From Hydrurus foetidus (taxonomy: Eukaryota), in assembly GCA_900617105.1 (NCBI GenBank), contig UYFQ01000001.1, forward strand, positions 4,216,001-4,280,000: a DNA stretch of 64,000 nucleotides, in the 5' to 3' direction. How positions within the stretch are numbered: position 1 is the stretch's first letter; the number at the start of each line of letters is the position of its first letter. Below are positions 40,544 through 51,193 of the stretch, in pieces. Under the pieces are notes generated by a model. That model was not told the DNA's origin. It saw nothing but the letters and a program-made list of their open reading frames with translations, and did not search any database. The position numbers were made by a program, and so were the translations under genes.

Positions 40544-41098
40544 TTAAACCCGTTTTCTATATTCACCCGTACGAGTGTCAATCTCTACTATGTCCCCTTG
40601 CGCCACAAAAATGGGTACGCCAATCTCAAAACCAGTAGCAATTTTGGCGGGCTTTAAAACCTTGCCAGACGTGTCGCCTTTAACGGCTGGCTCGGTCCAG
40701 GTGATTTCACGCTCAACGTTGGTGGGCAGCTCGACTGAAATCGCCTTGCCTTCGTAAAACACCACTTCGAGTTCCATGCCATCTTGCAAGTAGTTCAGCG
40801 AGTCACCCATGTTTTCGGCTTCAACTTCATACTGGTTGTAGTCGGCGTCCATGCAGATGTACATTGGGTCGGCGAAGTAAGAATAGGTGCAATCTTTCTT
40901 ATCGAGGATGACCTGGTCAATCTTGTCGTCGGCTTTGAACACGTTTTCAGTGCCGAAGCTGCCAATCAGGCTTTTGAGCTTCATGCGCACGGTGGCTGAG
41001 TTGCGGCCGCCGCGGCTGTATTCAGTTTTCAGCACCACCATCGGGTCTTTGCCGTGCATGATGACATTGCCGGCGCGAATTTCTTGAGCGATTTTCAT
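40544..41098 (-). CDS. efp: Elongation factor P (Arg32, rhamnosylated type)
   Basis: SRGGRNSA loop, EPAVKGDT and DTRTGEY; adjacent to earP. Confidence 0.97.
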   Translation of the reverse strand: MKIAQEIRAGNVIMHGKDPMVVLKTEYSRGGRNSATVRMKLKSLIGSFGTENVFKADDKIDQVILDKKDCTYSYFADPMYICMDADYNQYEVEAENMGDSLNYLQDGMELEVVFYEGKAISVELPTNVEREITWTEPAVKGDTSGKVLKPAKIATGFEIGVPIFVAQGDIVEIDTRTGEYRKRV

Positions 41099-41162
41099 AA
41101 CTGTGTATTGATTAACTATGGCTTGTCTCAGGCGGGTTGCTAGAGAAGCAAAGCCTGTGATT

Positions 41163-42335
41163 TTAACGGTTTTTCAGAGCGTATTCGACTAAACCGGTAG
41201 TCAAGTCTCGCTGCTGAGCTAACCCGGCATGGATGTTGGCTGCGGTTTTCTGCCAGCCCTGCAAGTCACCCAAAGGCGGCAATGCATCGTTCGCGAGGCC
41301 ATTCCACAAGTAGTGAAAAGCCCGCAAACTATCTGGCGCGGCCATCATGTCTAAAAAAGCATCCAGCTTGGGCCCATGTGCGCCATCTTCTTGTGGGTAG
41401 ATCTGCCACACAAACGGTTTGCCTGCCCAGATGGCCCGAACAATCGAATCCTCACCGCGCACAAAGTTGATGTCGCTGGCCCACAGCAAGTGGTCAAAGT
41501 CGGCTTGGGTAAGCAGTGGCAGGTATGAAATTAATAGCTGCTCGCGCCCGTATTTATTGGGCTGCAGGCTGATTAGAGTGCTATTTTGACGTGTTTTTGA
41601 CGCTTGTAAGGGCATCAAGGCCGCCAAGACTTTCACCGCTTCAGTTGCGCGTCCGGCTGCCACGAGCAGGCGCACGGGTTTGCCGTCGATACCGTTGTGC
41701 GCCAAATCATCGAGCAACTGCGACAGGGCAGGCGGCTCGTAGCAAAACAGGGACACCAGCACTTCGGTGCTTCTGTCTTGCCAGTCAACGCCTTGCTGCC
41801 TCAGCCAGGCCACACGGTCAAACGTCGCTTGCCTGCTGGCCAAGTCAGGCTCGCGCAGCAAGCCGCCTGTGTTTGGCGTAAAGCCGGGGTAATAAAACAC
41901 TTTGCGCCAACCAGCCGCAGGCCCGCTGCTGACTAAACTGGTCAAGCCGTGGCTCTTGGCCACATAGGGCTCTGCAGACAGGTACTCCAGGTTAATCCAC
42001 AGCGGTTTTTTGGCATCATTTTGGTCTATAGCCAAATAAATACGGGCGCAAGCAGCTATAAATTCAGGAGCAACTTCGCAGCCGAAAGCCTCAATCAGCA
42101 CGTCGCAAGGTGTAGTGTTCAGGCAAGGCACGTCGAGTGGGGCGGTCCACGGTAAAACCTGCACGCCATCGCAGCCGCCGGGCGCCATCCACGCCAGCGC
42201 ACTAGCGTCGTCTACCCACAGCCGCACGCGCTGGCCGCGCGCTGCCAAGTCAGCGGCCAAGCGCCAGCAAACGCCAATGTCGCCAAAGTTATCAATGACT
42301 TTGCAGAAAATATCCCATTGCAAACTTTTCATCAT
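41163..42335 (-). CDS. earP: EF-P arginine rhamnosyltransferase
   Basis: [34 protein letters not shown] and WQIYPQE. Confidence 0.96.
   Translation of the reverse strand: MMKSLQWDIFCKVIDNFGDIGVCWRLAADLAARGQRVRLWVDDASALAWMAPGGCDGVQVLPWTAPLDVPCLNTTPCDVLIEAFGCEVAPEFIAACARIYLAIDQNDAKKPLWINLEYLSAEPYVAKSHGLTSLVSSGPAAGWRKVFYYPGFTPNTGGLLREPDLASRQATFDRVAWLRQQGVDWQDRSTEVLVSLFCYEPPALSQLLDDLAHNGIDGKPVRLLVAAGRATEAVKVLAALMPLQASKTRQNSTLISLQPNKYGREQLLISYLPLLTQADFDHLLWASDINFVRGEDSIVRAIWAGKPFVWQIYPQEDGAHGPKLDAFLDMMAAPDSLRAFHYLWNGLANDALPPLGDLQGWQKTAANIHAGLAQQRDLTTGLVEYALKNR
41522..41565 (+). repeat. REP-like element copy 11 (in frame inside earP)
   Basis: GGTATGAAATTAATAGCTGCTCGCGCCCGTATTTATTGGGCTGC. Confidence 0.9.
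42027..42072 (-). repeat. REP-like element copy 12 (in frame inside earP)
   Basis: TATAGCCAAATAAATACGGGCGCAAGCAGCTATAAATTCAGGAGCA. Confidence 0.88.
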
Positions 42336-42355
42336 CGAATTGTCCACAATATGGG

Positions 42356-44263
42356 ATGTCTAAAGATTTTGAATTCGCCCCCGAGCTGCTTGAAGAAGTG
42401 GCCGCGCTACCTGCACTGCCGGGCGTTTACCGCTACTTTGATGCGGAAGGCGGCGTGCTGTATGTGGGCAAAGCGCGCAACCTGAAAAAGCGCGTTTCGA
42501 ATTATTTTCAGAAGAACCACGGCGGCACTCGCATTGGCCACATGGTGACCAAAATAACGCGGATGGAAACCACGGTGGTGCGCAGCGAGGCCGAAGCGTT
42601 GCTGCTGGAGAACAACCTGATCAAAACGCTGAACCCACGTTTTAATATTTTGTTCAGGGACGACAAAAGCTACCCGTATTTGAAGCTGGCGACGCATCAG
42701 TTTGCACGCGTGGCCTACTACCGCGGCGCGGTGGAGAAAAAGCATAAATACTTTGGCCCGTACCCGAGCGCCTGGGCAGTGAAGGAAAGCATTTTGCTGC
42801 TGCAAAAAGTCTTCAAGCTGCGCACCTGTGAAGATACCGTGTTCAACAACCGCAGCAGACCGTGCTTGCTGTATCAAATTAAGCGCTGCTCGGCCCCGTG
42901 CGTGGGCCACATCACCGGGCAAGCTTATGCCCAAGACGTTGCTAATGCCGAAAAGTTTTTACAAGGCGAGACGCAAGAAATATTGACCGGCTTGGAGCAA
43001 AGCATGCTGGCACACGCCGAAAAGCTTGAATTTGAGCAAGCCGCCGAGCTGCGCAACCAGATGTCGGCGCTATCAAAAGTATTGCATCAGCAGTCGATGG
43101 AGATTGGAGGCGACAAAGACGTCGACATACTGGCCGTGAAAGTGCAGGGCGGTAAAGCCTGCGTTAATTTGGCGATGGTGCGCGGCGGGCGGCATTTGGG
43201 CGACAGGCCGTACTTTCCGACGCACATTGAAAACGCAGTCGATGTAGCCGATCTGGATGCTGAAATTGACGCTGAAGAAACGCTGGCTCTCAAAGCCAAG
43301 TCGCTTGAAGCGCTGGTGCTGGAAGCCTTTATTGCCCAGCACTACATCGATGTGCCGGTGCCGCCCATGCTGGTTTGCAGCGAACCGGTCGATAAAGAGC
43401 TGATTGCGGCCTTAATCGCGCAGAGCGGCGTGAAGTTTGCCGCTATTCACCAGCCGCGCGAGCAGCGCCGCATTTGGCTCGACATGGCGATGAAAAATGC
43501 CGAACTGCAACTGGCGCGCTTGCTGGCCGAGCAGGGCAGTCAGCAAGCCAGAACCAGGGCGCTGGCTGAGGCGATGGATTTGAAAATGGAAGACCTGGCC
43601 GCGCTGCGCATTGAGTGTTTTGACATTTCGCACACGGCGGGCGAGGCCACGCAGGCGTCGTGCGTGGTGTTTGCCGAACACAAAATGCAAAGCGCGCAGT
43701 ACCGCCGCTACAACATCGAAGGCATCACGCCGGGCGACGACTATGCGGCCATGCGCCAGGTACTGACCCGCCGCTACAGCAAGCTGGCTGAAGCGATTAA
43801 AAACAACGACGGACGCTTGCCAGACCTCGTGCTGGTCGACGGTGGCAAGGGCCAAGTCAGCATGGCGCGGGAGGTGTTTACCGAGCTCGGTTTAGACCTG
43901 GGCCTGATTGCTGGCGTTGAAAAAGGCGAAGGCCGCAAAGTGGGCCTGGAAGAACTGGTGTTTGCCGACGGGCGCGACAAAATTTACCTGGGCCGCGATT
44001 CAGCAGCGCTGATGCTGATTGCGCAAATCCGCGACGAGGCGCACCGCTTTGCCATCACCGGCATGCGCGCGAAAAGAGCATCCGTAAGAACCGGCGCCAG
44101 CAAACTCGAGGACATTGAAGGCATTGGCCCTAAAAAGCGCGCCAGCTTGCTGCAACGCTTTGGCGGCATTCGCGCGATAGCGTCAGCCAGTGCTGAAGAC
44201 ATTGCCACGGTGGATGGCATTTCTAAAGAGTTGGCTGACGAGATTTACCGCGCTTTGCATTAA
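42356..44263 (+). CDS. uvrC: Excinuclease ABC subunit C
   Basis: [39 protein letters not shown] and HhH. Confidence 0.97.
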   Translation: MSKDFEFAPELLEEVAALPALPGVYRYFDAEGGVLYVGKARNLKKRVSNYFQKNHGGTRIGHMVTKITRMETTVVRSEAEALLLENNLIKTLNPRFNILFRDDKSYPYLKLATHQFARVAYYRGAVEKKHKYFGPYPSAWAVKESILLLQKVFKLRTCEDTVFNNRSRPCLLYQIKRCSAPCVGHITGQAYAQDVANAEKFLQGETQEILTGLEQSMLAHAEKLEFEQAAELRNQMSALSKVLHQQSMEIGGDKDVDILAVKVQGGKACVNLAMVRGGRHLGDRPYFPTHIENAVDVADLDAEIDAEETLALKAKSLEALVLEAFIAQHYIDVPVPPMLVCSEPVDKELIAALIAQSGVKFAAIHQPREQRRIWLDMAMKNAELQLARLLAEQGSQQARTRALAEAMDLKMEDLAALRIECFDISHTAGEATQASCVVFAEHKMQSAQYRRYNIEGITPGDDYAAMRQVLTRRYSKLAEAIKNNDGRLPDLVLVDGGKGQVSMAREVFTELGLDLGLIAGVEKGEGRKVGLEELVFADGRDKIYLGRDSAALMLIAQIRDEAHRFAITGMRAKRASVRTGASKLEDIEGIGPKKRASLLQRFGGIRAIASASAEDIATVDGISKELADEIYRALH

Positions 44264-44302
44264 AAACGCGAAAAAAGGCGGTTTTACGGATTCAAATCGG
44301 CC

Positions 44303-44348
44303 TCTAGACCAATAAATACGGGCGCGAGCAGCTCCTGAAAATATAGCG
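44303..44348 (-). repeat. REP-like element copy 13
   Basis: TCTAGACCAATAAATACGGGCGCGAGCAGCTCCTGAAAATATAGCG. Confidence 0.9.
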
Positions 44349-44383
44349 TTTTTGCTGCGTCCGGGCGCGTGCCAAAATGCACT

Positions 44384-44953
44384 ATGAAGTTTTGGACCAT
44401 TCCCACCATCATGACGTGGACGCGCATCATCGCTATTCCGTTGATCGTGGGCGTTTTCTACCTGAACATTCCGGCCACTGAGCGCAACCTGATTGCGTCA
44501 GTCATGTTTGTGGTGTTCGCCGCCACCGACTGGCTGGACGGCTACCTGGCCCGCAAACTTAACCAAACCTCATCGTTTGGTGCTTTTTTAGACCCGGTGG
44601 CGGACAAGTTTTTAGTTTGTGCGTCTTTGCTGGTGCTGGTGCATCTGCAGCGCGCCGACGTGTTTGTGGCGCTCATCATCATCGGCCGCGAAATCGCTAT
44701 TTCAGCCTTGCGGGAATGGATGGCGCTGATTGGCGCAACTAAAAGCGTTGCCGTGCACATGCTGGGCAAAGCCAAAACTTTTGTACAAATGACGGCTATT
44801 CCGTTCTTGCTTTATGACGGCCGGTTGTTTGGCGTGATTGACACGCACCTGTGGGGCACTTGGCTGATCTGGATATCGGCCATTTTGACCGTCTGGTCGA
44901 TGGTTTATTACTTGCAAAAAGCGATTCCAGAAATCCGCAAGCAAGCCAAATAG
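44384..44953 (+). CDS. pgsA: CDP-diacylglycerol--glycerol-3-phosphate 3-phosphatidyltransferase
   Basis: TDWLDGYLAR..GAFLDPVADK; uvrC-pgsA synteny. Confidence 0.96.
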   Translation: MKFWTIPTIMTWTRIIAIPLIVGVFYLNIPATERNLIASVMFVVFAATDWLDGYLARKLNQTSSFGAFLDPVADKFLVCASLLVLVHLQRADVFVALIIIGREIAISALREWMALIGATKSVAVHMLGKAKTFVQMTAIPFLLYDGRLFGVIDTHLWGTWLIWISAILTVWSMVYYLQKAIPEIRKQAK

Positions 44954-44966
44954 TGAGTCGCCTTCA

Positions 44967-45866
44967 TTGAATTCATCGCCTGAAGGCGCATGGTTGCGAG
45001 CCATGCCAGCTGTGTTTGTGCTGATCTGGAGCACCGGTTTTGTGGTGGCCAAATACGGCCTGCCTTACGCACCCCCTCTAAGTTTTTTGGCGATTCGCTA
45101 CGCGTTGTCGCTAATATGCTTTTTGGTCTGGATTGCGCTCGCGCAGGTACAGTGGCCACGCGGCAGGCAGCAGTGGCTGCACCTGGCTGTTAGCGGTGTG
45201 CTGATTCACGCAGGCTATTTGGGCGGGGTGTGGATGGCCATTAAAGCGGGCATGGGTTCTGGCTTGGCATCGCTGATGGTGGGCTTGCAGCCGATATTGA
45301 CGGCGCTTTGGGTGTCCAGCATGGCGGCAAACCATAACGCAAGTGAAAAAGTGACGCAACGCCAGTGGCTGGGTTTGGCGCTTGGCCTGGGCGGCTTGGT
45401 ATTGGTGGTGTCGCGCAAATTCGGCAGCACGCTTGAAGTCACGGCTTTCACGATGGCGTCCATTACTGTTGCGCTGCTCAGCATCACCGCTGGCACGTTG
45501 TATCAAAAGCGGTATGTAAAGCCTGCTGACGTGCGCGGTGCGAATGCGATTCAACTTGCCGCCGCGTTTGCGATCACCCTGCCACTGGCGCTGCTTGAAA
45601 CTGAAGCGGTGGTGTGGACGCCCAAATTTGTAGGTGCGCTGGCTTGGTCGGTGCTGGTGTTAACGCTGGGCGGCTCATCGCTTTTGTACATGCTGATTCA
45701 GCGCGGCGCTGCCACTGCGGTGACCAGCTTGATGTATCTCGTGCCGCCCTGCACAGCCCTGATGGCGTGGTTGTTGTTTGCTGAACCCATCACGGCGGCA
45801 ACAGTGCTTGGCACCGCCATAACCGCGTTGGGCGTGAGCCTGGTCGTGCGCGCGGCAAGGGTTTAG
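44967..45866 (+). CDS. DMT/EamA family transporter
   Basis: About 10 TM segments; LIWSTGFV and YLVPP. Confidence 0.88.
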   Translation: MNSSPEGAWLRAMPAVFVLIWSTGFVVAKYGLPYAPPLSFLAIRYALSLICFLVWIALAQVQWPRGRQQWLHLAVSGVLIHAGYLGGVWMAIKAGMGSGLASLMVGLQPILTALWVSSMAANHNASEKVTQRQWLGLALGLGGLVLVVSRKFGSTLEVTAFTMASITVALLSITAGTLYQKRYVKPADVRGANAIQLAAAFAITLPLALLETEAVVWTPKFVGALAWSVLVLTLGGSSLLYMLIQRGAATAVTSLMYLVPPCTALMAWLLFAEPITAATVLGTAITALGVSLVVRAARV

Positions 45867-45887
45867 TGTTCTAGTCGAACGTTTGAG

Positions 45888-46802
45888 ATGAACAATCTTC
45901 AGGATTTTTCAATCGCCAAGGTCCAAGGTGCCGCCGGGTTGCTGCACACGCGCATCGGCGGCAGCGGTCCGCCTTTGCTGTTGCTGCACGGCCATCCGCA
46001 AACCCATGCCATGTGGCACTTGGTGGCGCCTGCTCTGGCCCAGCGTTTCACCGTGGTCATGATGGACTTGCGGGGTTATGGCGATTCAATACGGCCCGCA
46101 GGTGATGCCGATCATGCCGCGTATTCAAAACGCGCCATGGCACTCGATGCTTTGGCCGTGATGCGGCAGTACGGCTTTGAGCGGTTTGGCGTTTTGGCGC
46201 ACGACAGGGGTGCGCGCGTGGCGCACCGGCTGGCGCTGGACCACTCGTCTGCAGTTACGCGCATGCTGCTGCTCGACATTGCGCCCACGCTGGCGATGTA
46301 TGAAAACACCACGCAGGCTTTTGCCACCGCGTATTGGCACTGGTTTTTTTTGATTCAGCCGCCGCCACTGCCTGAGGCGCTGATTGAATCTAACCCCGCG
46401 CGCTATGTACGCAGCGTGATGGGCAAGCGCCATGCAGGCCTGGCTGCATTTGCGCCCGAGGCGCTGGCTGAGTACGAGCGCTGCGCGCAAATTGCAGGCA
46501 CTGCGCAGGCGATATGCGAGGACTACCGCGCATCAAGCACCATCGACTTGGCGCATGACCGTGCTGATATGGCAGCGGGTAAAAAATTAACGCAGCCACT
46601 CAAAGTTCTGTGGGGCGAGCATGGTGCGGTCGGCCAGTGCTTTGACGTGCTGGCGCTTTGGCGCGAAAGGGCAGACCAAGTCACTGGCAACAGCTTGCCA
46701 TGCGGGCACTACATTGCCGAGGAAGCGCCCGACTTGCTGATTGCGCAGGCGCTAGATTTTTTTATGAACAAAGCCAACAACGAAAGAGATCACCATGATT
46801 AA
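45888..46802 (+). CDS. Alpha/beta hydrolase, haloacetate/fluoroacetate dehalogenase-like
   Basis: LLHGHP, DLRGYG, HDRGAR, LDIAP, YWHW, EDYRA and CGHY. Confidence 0.85.
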   Translation: MNNLQDFSIAKVQGAAGLLHTRIGGSGPPLLLLHGHPQTHAMWHLVAPALAQRFTVVMMDLRGYGDSIRPAGDADHAAYSKRAMALDALAVMRQYGFERFGVLAHDRGARVAHRLALDHSSAVTRMLLLDIAPTLAMYENTTQAFATAYWHWFFLIQPPPLPEALIESNPARYVRSVMGKRHAGLAAFAPEALAEYERCAQIAGTAQAICEDYRASSTIDLAHDRADMAAGKKLTQPLKVLWGEHGAVGQCFDVLALWRERADQVTGNSLPCGHYIAEEAPDLLIAQALDFFMNKANNERDHHD

Positions 46803-47883
46803 AAAACGTATCGCTGTCATTGCCGGTGACGGCATTGGCAAAGAAGTCATGCCCGAAGGCATTCGCGTAATGGAGGCTGCCGCCAGCAAATTTGGCATTG
46901 ACTTGCAGTTTGACCATTTTGATTTTTCAAGTTGGGACTACTTTGAGAAGCACGGCAAGATGCTGCCCGACAACTGGAAAGACCAAATCGGCGGCCACGA
47001 CGCCATTTACTTTGGCGCGGTGGGCTGGCCCGACAAGATTGCCGACCACGTGTCGCTGTGGGGCTCGCTGCTGCTGTTTCGCCGCGAGTTTGACCAGTAC
47101 ATCAATTTGCGCCCCGCGCGACTGATGCCTGGCATCATTGCCCCCGTCGTGCGGCGTGATGGTACCGCCCGTGCGCCTGGTGAGATCGACTTTTACATCG
47201 TGCGTGAAAACACCGAAGGCGAATACTCCAGCATTGGCGGTAGAGCCTTTCCGGGCACCGAGCGGGAGTTTGTGCTGCAAGAATCTGTCTTTACTCGCGT
47301 TGGGGTGGATCGTGTCCTCAAGTTTGCCTTCGAGCTGGCGCAGTCTCGGCCCAAAAAGCATTTGACCAGCGCCACCAAGTCCAACGGCATTTCAATTTCT
47401 ATGCCGTATTGGGATGAGCGCGTTGTTGAGATGGCGAAAAACTACCTCGAGATTCGGCTCGATAAATTCCACATCGACATCTTGACAGCCCATTTTGTGC
47501 AGCGCCCAGACTTTTTTGATGTGGTGGTTGCCAGTAATTTGTTCGGTGATATTTTGAGCGACTTGGGCCCGGCGTGTACCGGCACCATCGGCATTGCGCC
47601 CAGCGCCAACTTGAACCCGGAGCGCAAGTTCCCGTCATTGTTCGAGCCGGTGCACGGCTCAGCACCAGACATTGCGGGCAAAAATATTGCCAACCCAATC
47701 GGGCAAATCTGGTGCGGCGCCATGATGCTGGAGTTTTTAGGGCACAAGAACGCGCACGATGCTGTGCTGGCTTCGATTGAAAAAGTGTTGGCAGCGGGCA
47801 GCGACGCGCCCCGCACCCCCGACCTGGGCGGCACCGCGCATACCGCCGACATCGGCAAAGCCGTCGTTGAGGCACTGGGCTGA
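46795..47883 (+). CDS. Tartrate dehydrogenase / D-malate dehydrogenase (decarboxylating)
   Basis: GDGIGKEV, RENTEGEY, SATKSNG, NLFGDILSD and EPVHGSAPDIAG. Confidence 0.9.
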   Translation: MIKKRIAVIAGDGIGKEVMPEGIRVMEAAASKFGIDLQFDHFDFSSWDYFEKHGKMLPDNWKDQIGGHDAIYFGAVGWPDKIADHVSLWGSLLLFRREFDQYINLRPARLMPGIIAPVVRRDGTARAPGEIDFYIVRENTEGEYSSIGGRAFPGTEREFVLQESVFTRVGVDRVLKFAFELAQSRPKKHLTSATKSNGISISMPYWDERVVEMAKNYLEIRLDKFHIDILTAHFVQRPDFFDVVVASNLFGDILSDLGPACTGTIGIAPSANLNPERKFPSLFEPVHGSAPDIAGKNIANPIGQIWCGAMMLEFLGHKNAHDAVLASIEKVLAAGSDAPRTPDLGGTAHTADIGKAVVEALG

Positions 47884-48157
47884 TGCAGCTGCGGGCCGAT
47901 GCCGACATGAAGTAACGGTTTTACAAAAATGCGTCAAGCGGCTCTGTTGACAACTAAAGAGCTACTAAAAGCGACTAGAATCTCGCATCATGCAGCAGAC
48001 ATTTTGCGGTCCTTATTGACACTGACCTGATCAGTGGTTTAAATGAAGGCTAGCAGGCAAACTGCTCGCGTTGCCTCTTGTAATTACCGGTTTCGGTTTT
48101 TCTTGCAGCGTTTATATTGAGACAAACCGATTAACTTATATCTACGAGGGGCCCCTT

Positions 48158-48430
48158 GTGAACAAGACAGAATTAATAGAGCACATCGCTAAGCATGCAG
48201 ATATTTCCAAAGCCGCGGCTACCCGCGCGCTTGAAGCCACGATTGGTGCAGTCAAGACCACGCTGAAAAAAGGTGGTTCGGTATCTTTGGTAGGTTTTGG
48301 TACGTTTGCCGTGACAAAGCGTGCTGCGCGTGTTGGCCGCAACCCACGTACTGGCGATGCGATTAAAATCAAGGCAGCCAAGGTTCCGAAGTTCCGTCCG
48401 GGTAAAGCACTCAAAGACGCGTTGAACTGA
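48158..48430 (+). CDS. hupB: DNA-binding protein HU
   Basis: [29 protein letters not shown]; hupB-tRNA-ppiD synteny. Confidence 0.95.
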   Translation: MNKTELIEHIAKHADISKAAATRALEATIGAVKTTLKKGGSVSLVGFGTFAVTKRAARVGRNPRTGDAIKIKAAKVPKFRPGKALKDALN

Positions 48431-48466
48431 ATCTGACTGCAAAAAAGATGTGAAAAGTTTCGGGTC

Positions 48467-48542
48467 GGGTGCTTAGCTCAGTTGGTAGAGCAGCGCCCTT
48501 ACACGGCGTAGGTCGGCGGTTCGAGCCCGTCAGCACCCACCA
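48467..48542 (+). tRNA. tRNA-Val(TAC)
   Basis: GGGTGCT/AGCACCC acceptor, loop CTTACAC, GGTTCGAGCC and ACCA end. Confidence 0.97.
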
Positions 48543-48570
48543 TCGACCCCAGACGGTTGCAACTTTGACT

Positions 48571-48598
48571 AAAGGCGAACTAGTGGTTCGCCTTTTTT
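48571..48598 (+). terminator. Terminator after tRNA-Val
   Basis: AAAGGCGAAC TAGTG GTTCGCCTTTTTT. Confidence 0.85.
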
Positions 48599-48617
48599 GT
48601 TGGTGTTTGGAATTTTA

Positions 48618-48665
48618 TTTAGTTTTAGTTTTGACTTTGACTTTGACTTTGACTTTGATTTTGAT
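48618..48665. repeat. Hexamer tandem repeat, 8 units (TTTGAC x4 core)
   Basis: (TTTAGT)2(TTTGAC)4(TTTGAT)2. Confidence 0.9.
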
Positions 48666-48691
48666 TTATACAGCTGTACTGGACCCACCTG

Positions 48692-50647
48692 ATGTTTGAT
48701 TTCATTCGCAAGCACACCAAAATTACTATGGGGCTGTTGTTTCTGCTGATCGTGCCATCGTTTGTGCTGTTCGGCTTGGATGGCTACACCAAGTCCAAAG
48801 ACAAAAGCGCGGTAGTAGCCAAAGTCGACGGCCAGGAAATTCTGCAAACTGAATGGGACCGCGCACATGCACGCGAAATTGAGCGCCTGAAAGCGTCTAT
48901 GCCGTCGCTTGACGCCAAGCTGCTTGATTCTCCTGAGGCGAAATACGCAACCCTTGAGCGCCTGGTGCGTGACCGCGTGCTGGCAGCGGCGGTTGCTTCG
49001 CTCAAGTTGAGTACCAGTGACCAGCGCCTGGCGCGCGAGCTGCAAAAAAACCCCGAGGTGGCCACCCTGCGTCGCCCAGACGGCAAACTGGACATGGAGC
49101 GGTATCGTCAGCTGCTGGCAGCGCAAGGCATGAGCCCCGAGATGTTTGAGGCGGGCGTGCGAACTGACTTGTCCATTCGCCAGGTGATGTTAGCTGTGTC
49201 TGGCAGCGGCTTTTCGTCAAACGCTGTTGCTGATACCGCCCTGAACGCTTATTTTGAAAAGCGAGAAGTTCAATTGGCTGTTTTTAATGCCGCTGATTTT
49301 GCTGCCAAGTTAACAACCACAGACGCTGAGCTGGAGCAGTTTTATAAGTCCAATGAAATTCTGTTTCAAGCCGCTGAAAAAGCCAGCATTGAGTACGTGC
49401 TGCTCGACGTAGAAACTCTTAAAAAATCAGTCACCGTCACCGACGCTGACCTCAAAGCCTATTTCGATCAAAATTCGCAGCGCTTGGGGAACAAAGAAGA
49501 ACGCCGCGCCAGCCACATTTTGATCACCGCCGCCAAAAGCTTGCCAGAAGCAGAGCGTGCAAAAGCCAAAGCTCAGGCTGAAACCTTGCTGGCAGCAGTT
49601 AAAAAAGCACCAGACTCTTTTGCCGACGTCGCTCGCAAAAGCTCGCAAGACCCTGGCTCTGCACCGGCAGGTGGCGATCTTGACTTTTTTGCACGTGAGG
49701 CAATGGTCAAGCCGTTCTCAGACGCTGCATTCGCCATGAAAAAAGGCGACATCAGTGATGTGGTCGAATCCGAGTTTGGCTACCACATCATCAAGCTGAC
49801 CGACGTTAAGACGCCCAAGCAGCGCACTTTTGATGAGATGAAGCCCGAGCTTGAAATTGACGTTAAAAAGCAGTTGGCGCAAAAGAAGTTCAGCGAATCT
49901 GCCGAGAGTTTTAGCAACGCCGTGTACGAGCAAGCTGACAGCCTTAAACCCGTCGCCGAGCGTTACAAGCTCGACGTTAAAACAGCCACCGGTATCAGCC
50001 GCACCCCGCCCGCAGGCGCTATCGGCGCGCTTGCAAATGCCAAGTTTTTAAACGCCATTTTTTCGCCCGATTCAATCGACAAAAAACGCAACACCGAAGC
50101 GGTTGAAATCGCGTCAAATCAACTGGCTGCTGCCCGTATTGTTGAATACACGCCCGCGCGCACGCAGCCATTTGCTGAAGTGAAAGACGCGGTGCGCCTG
50201 CGCTGGGTGGCCAGCCGTGGTGCCGAGGCTGCGCGCAAAGAGGGCGCAGCCAAGCTAGCCGCTTGGATAGCTGCGCCGCAAGAAGCGGCGCTACAGCCCG
50301 CCATGGCGGTGTCGCGGGACCTTGCGAAAGCCCAAGGCGTTCCGGCGCAGGTGGTAGACGCTGTGCTGCGAGCAGATGCCGCTGCGCTGCCGGCATTCAA
50401 GGGCGTAGATTTAGGTGCCAAGGGCTATGTGGTGGCTAAAGTCATCAAAGTGTTGCCGCGTACGGAGTCGGCTGCTGACATTGCCAAGCAAGAACGCACC
50501 CAGTACAGCCAATGGTGGAATTCAGCCGAAAGCTTTGCCTACTACAACGTCTTAAAAGAACGATTTAAAACCGAGATCAAAGTAGACAAACCGGCACGTG
50601 ATCAGCTTTCGGCGCAGTCAAGCCCTGATACTGCCCCCAGTCGGTAG
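48692..50647 (+). CDS. ppiD: Periplasmic chaperone PpiD (SurA N-terminal plus parvulin)
   Basis: N-terminal TM anchor; RASHILI, SQDPGSA..GGDL and ESEFGYHII. Confidence 0.92.
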   Translation: MFDFIRKHTKITMGLLFLLIVPSFVLFGLDGYTKSKDKSAVVAKVDGQEILQTEWDRAHAREIERLKASMPSLDAKLLDSPEAKYATLERLVRDRVLAAAVASLKLSTSDQRLARELQKNPEVATLRRPDGKLDMERYRQLLAAQGMSPEMFEAGVRTDLSIRQVMLAVSGSGFSSNAVADTALNAYFEKREVQLAVFNAADFAAKLTTTDAELEQFYKSNEILFQAAEKASIEYVLLDVETLKKSVTVTDADLKAYFDQNSQRLGNKEERRASHILITAAKSLPEAERAKAKAQAETLLAAVKKAPDSFADVARKSSQDPGSAPAGGDLDFFAREAMVKPFSDAAFAMKKGDISDVVESEFGYHIIKLTDVKTPKQRTFDEMKPELEIDVKKQLAQKKFSESAESFSNAVYEQADSLKPVAERYKLDVKTATGISRTPPAGAIGALANAKFLNAIFSPDSIDKKRNTEAVEIASNQLAAARIVEYTPARTQPFAEVKDAVRLRWVASRGAEAARKEGAAKLAAWIAAPQEAALQPAMAVSRDLAKAQGVPAQVVDAVLRADAAALPAFKGVDLGAKGYVVAKVIKVLPRTESAADIAKQERTQYSQWWNSAESFAYYNVLKERFKTEIKVDKPARDQLSAQSSPDTAPSR

Positions 50648-50691
50648 TTGGAACGAATAGCGGCGCGACAAGCCGCTATAATCAAATTTGT

Positions 50692-50768
50692 GGTGGTTGT
50701 AGCTCAGTTGGTAGAGTCCAGGATTGTGATTCCTGTTGTCGTGGGTTCGAGCCCCATCAGCCACCCCA
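50692..50768 (+). tRNA. tRNA-His(GTG); integration target
   Basis: G-1 GGTGGTTG/CAGCCACC acceptor, loop TTGTGAT, GGTTCGAGCC and CCA end. Confidence 0.97.
50719..50768 (+). repeat. att core (tRNA-His 3' part), left junction
   Basis: 50-bp exact direct repeat of 57309-57358. Confidence 0.95.
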
Positions 50769-50780
50769 AGTAATACCGTG

Positions 50781-50811
50781 AAAGCCTGCTATTTAAAACG
50801 TAGCAGGCTTT
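50781..50811 (+). terminator. Terminator after tRNA-His (duplicated at 57371-57401)
   Basis: AAAGCCTGCTA TTTAAAACG TAGCAGGCTTT. Confidence 0.85.
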
Positions 50812-50827
50812 CTTCATTTACGTTACT

Positions 50828-50847
50828 TGTAGGCAATCTGTAGGCAA
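50828..50847 (+). repeat. Probable integrase arm-type sites (TGTAGGCAA x2)
   Basis: Same 9-mer occurs at the other element end (57153-57183) with 11-bp spacing. Confidence 0.75.
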
Positions 50848-51193
50848 TTTGCCCAAATATAAAGCCCAGCACCAGCCAAAAGAAAATCCACACGCGGCCG
50901 GTGTGAGTTGCAGTGCTGGTTAAAGCTTGAATAACCTTGTGCTTGATTGAACTTAGGGCTCAAGGTGGCGCAGATTTCAGCGTTGCAACCAGCGTGGCCA
51001 CGTCTGCTAACCACTCACCACCATCAAAGGTAACTTGCATACGCCAGTGCCACGACAAGGCGCTAACGTATGAACACGACTTCTGGTGGTTCGATGCGAT
51101 TGTTGCGTGCGCCTGCTCTTGTAGGGAAGAGTGCGAGATGGAAGGATAGCTATTGTGAGTTCCGAACTGAAACGCTTCCAACAAAAACGGGAT

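Noticed and set aside
40544..42335. efp-earP rhamnosylation system as a novelty
   Set aside because: This system is well described in Betaproteobacteria; only the REP insertions in earP are unusual.
811..44348. Recurring ~45-bp repeat as a CRISPR array
   Set aside because: Copies are dispersed kilobases apart, degenerate and in both orientations, and no cas genes are present.
50823..51184. Short ORFs at the left end of the satellite
   Set aside because: They overlap on both strands with no motif or clear RBS; they could be a decayed gene but I cannot support a call.
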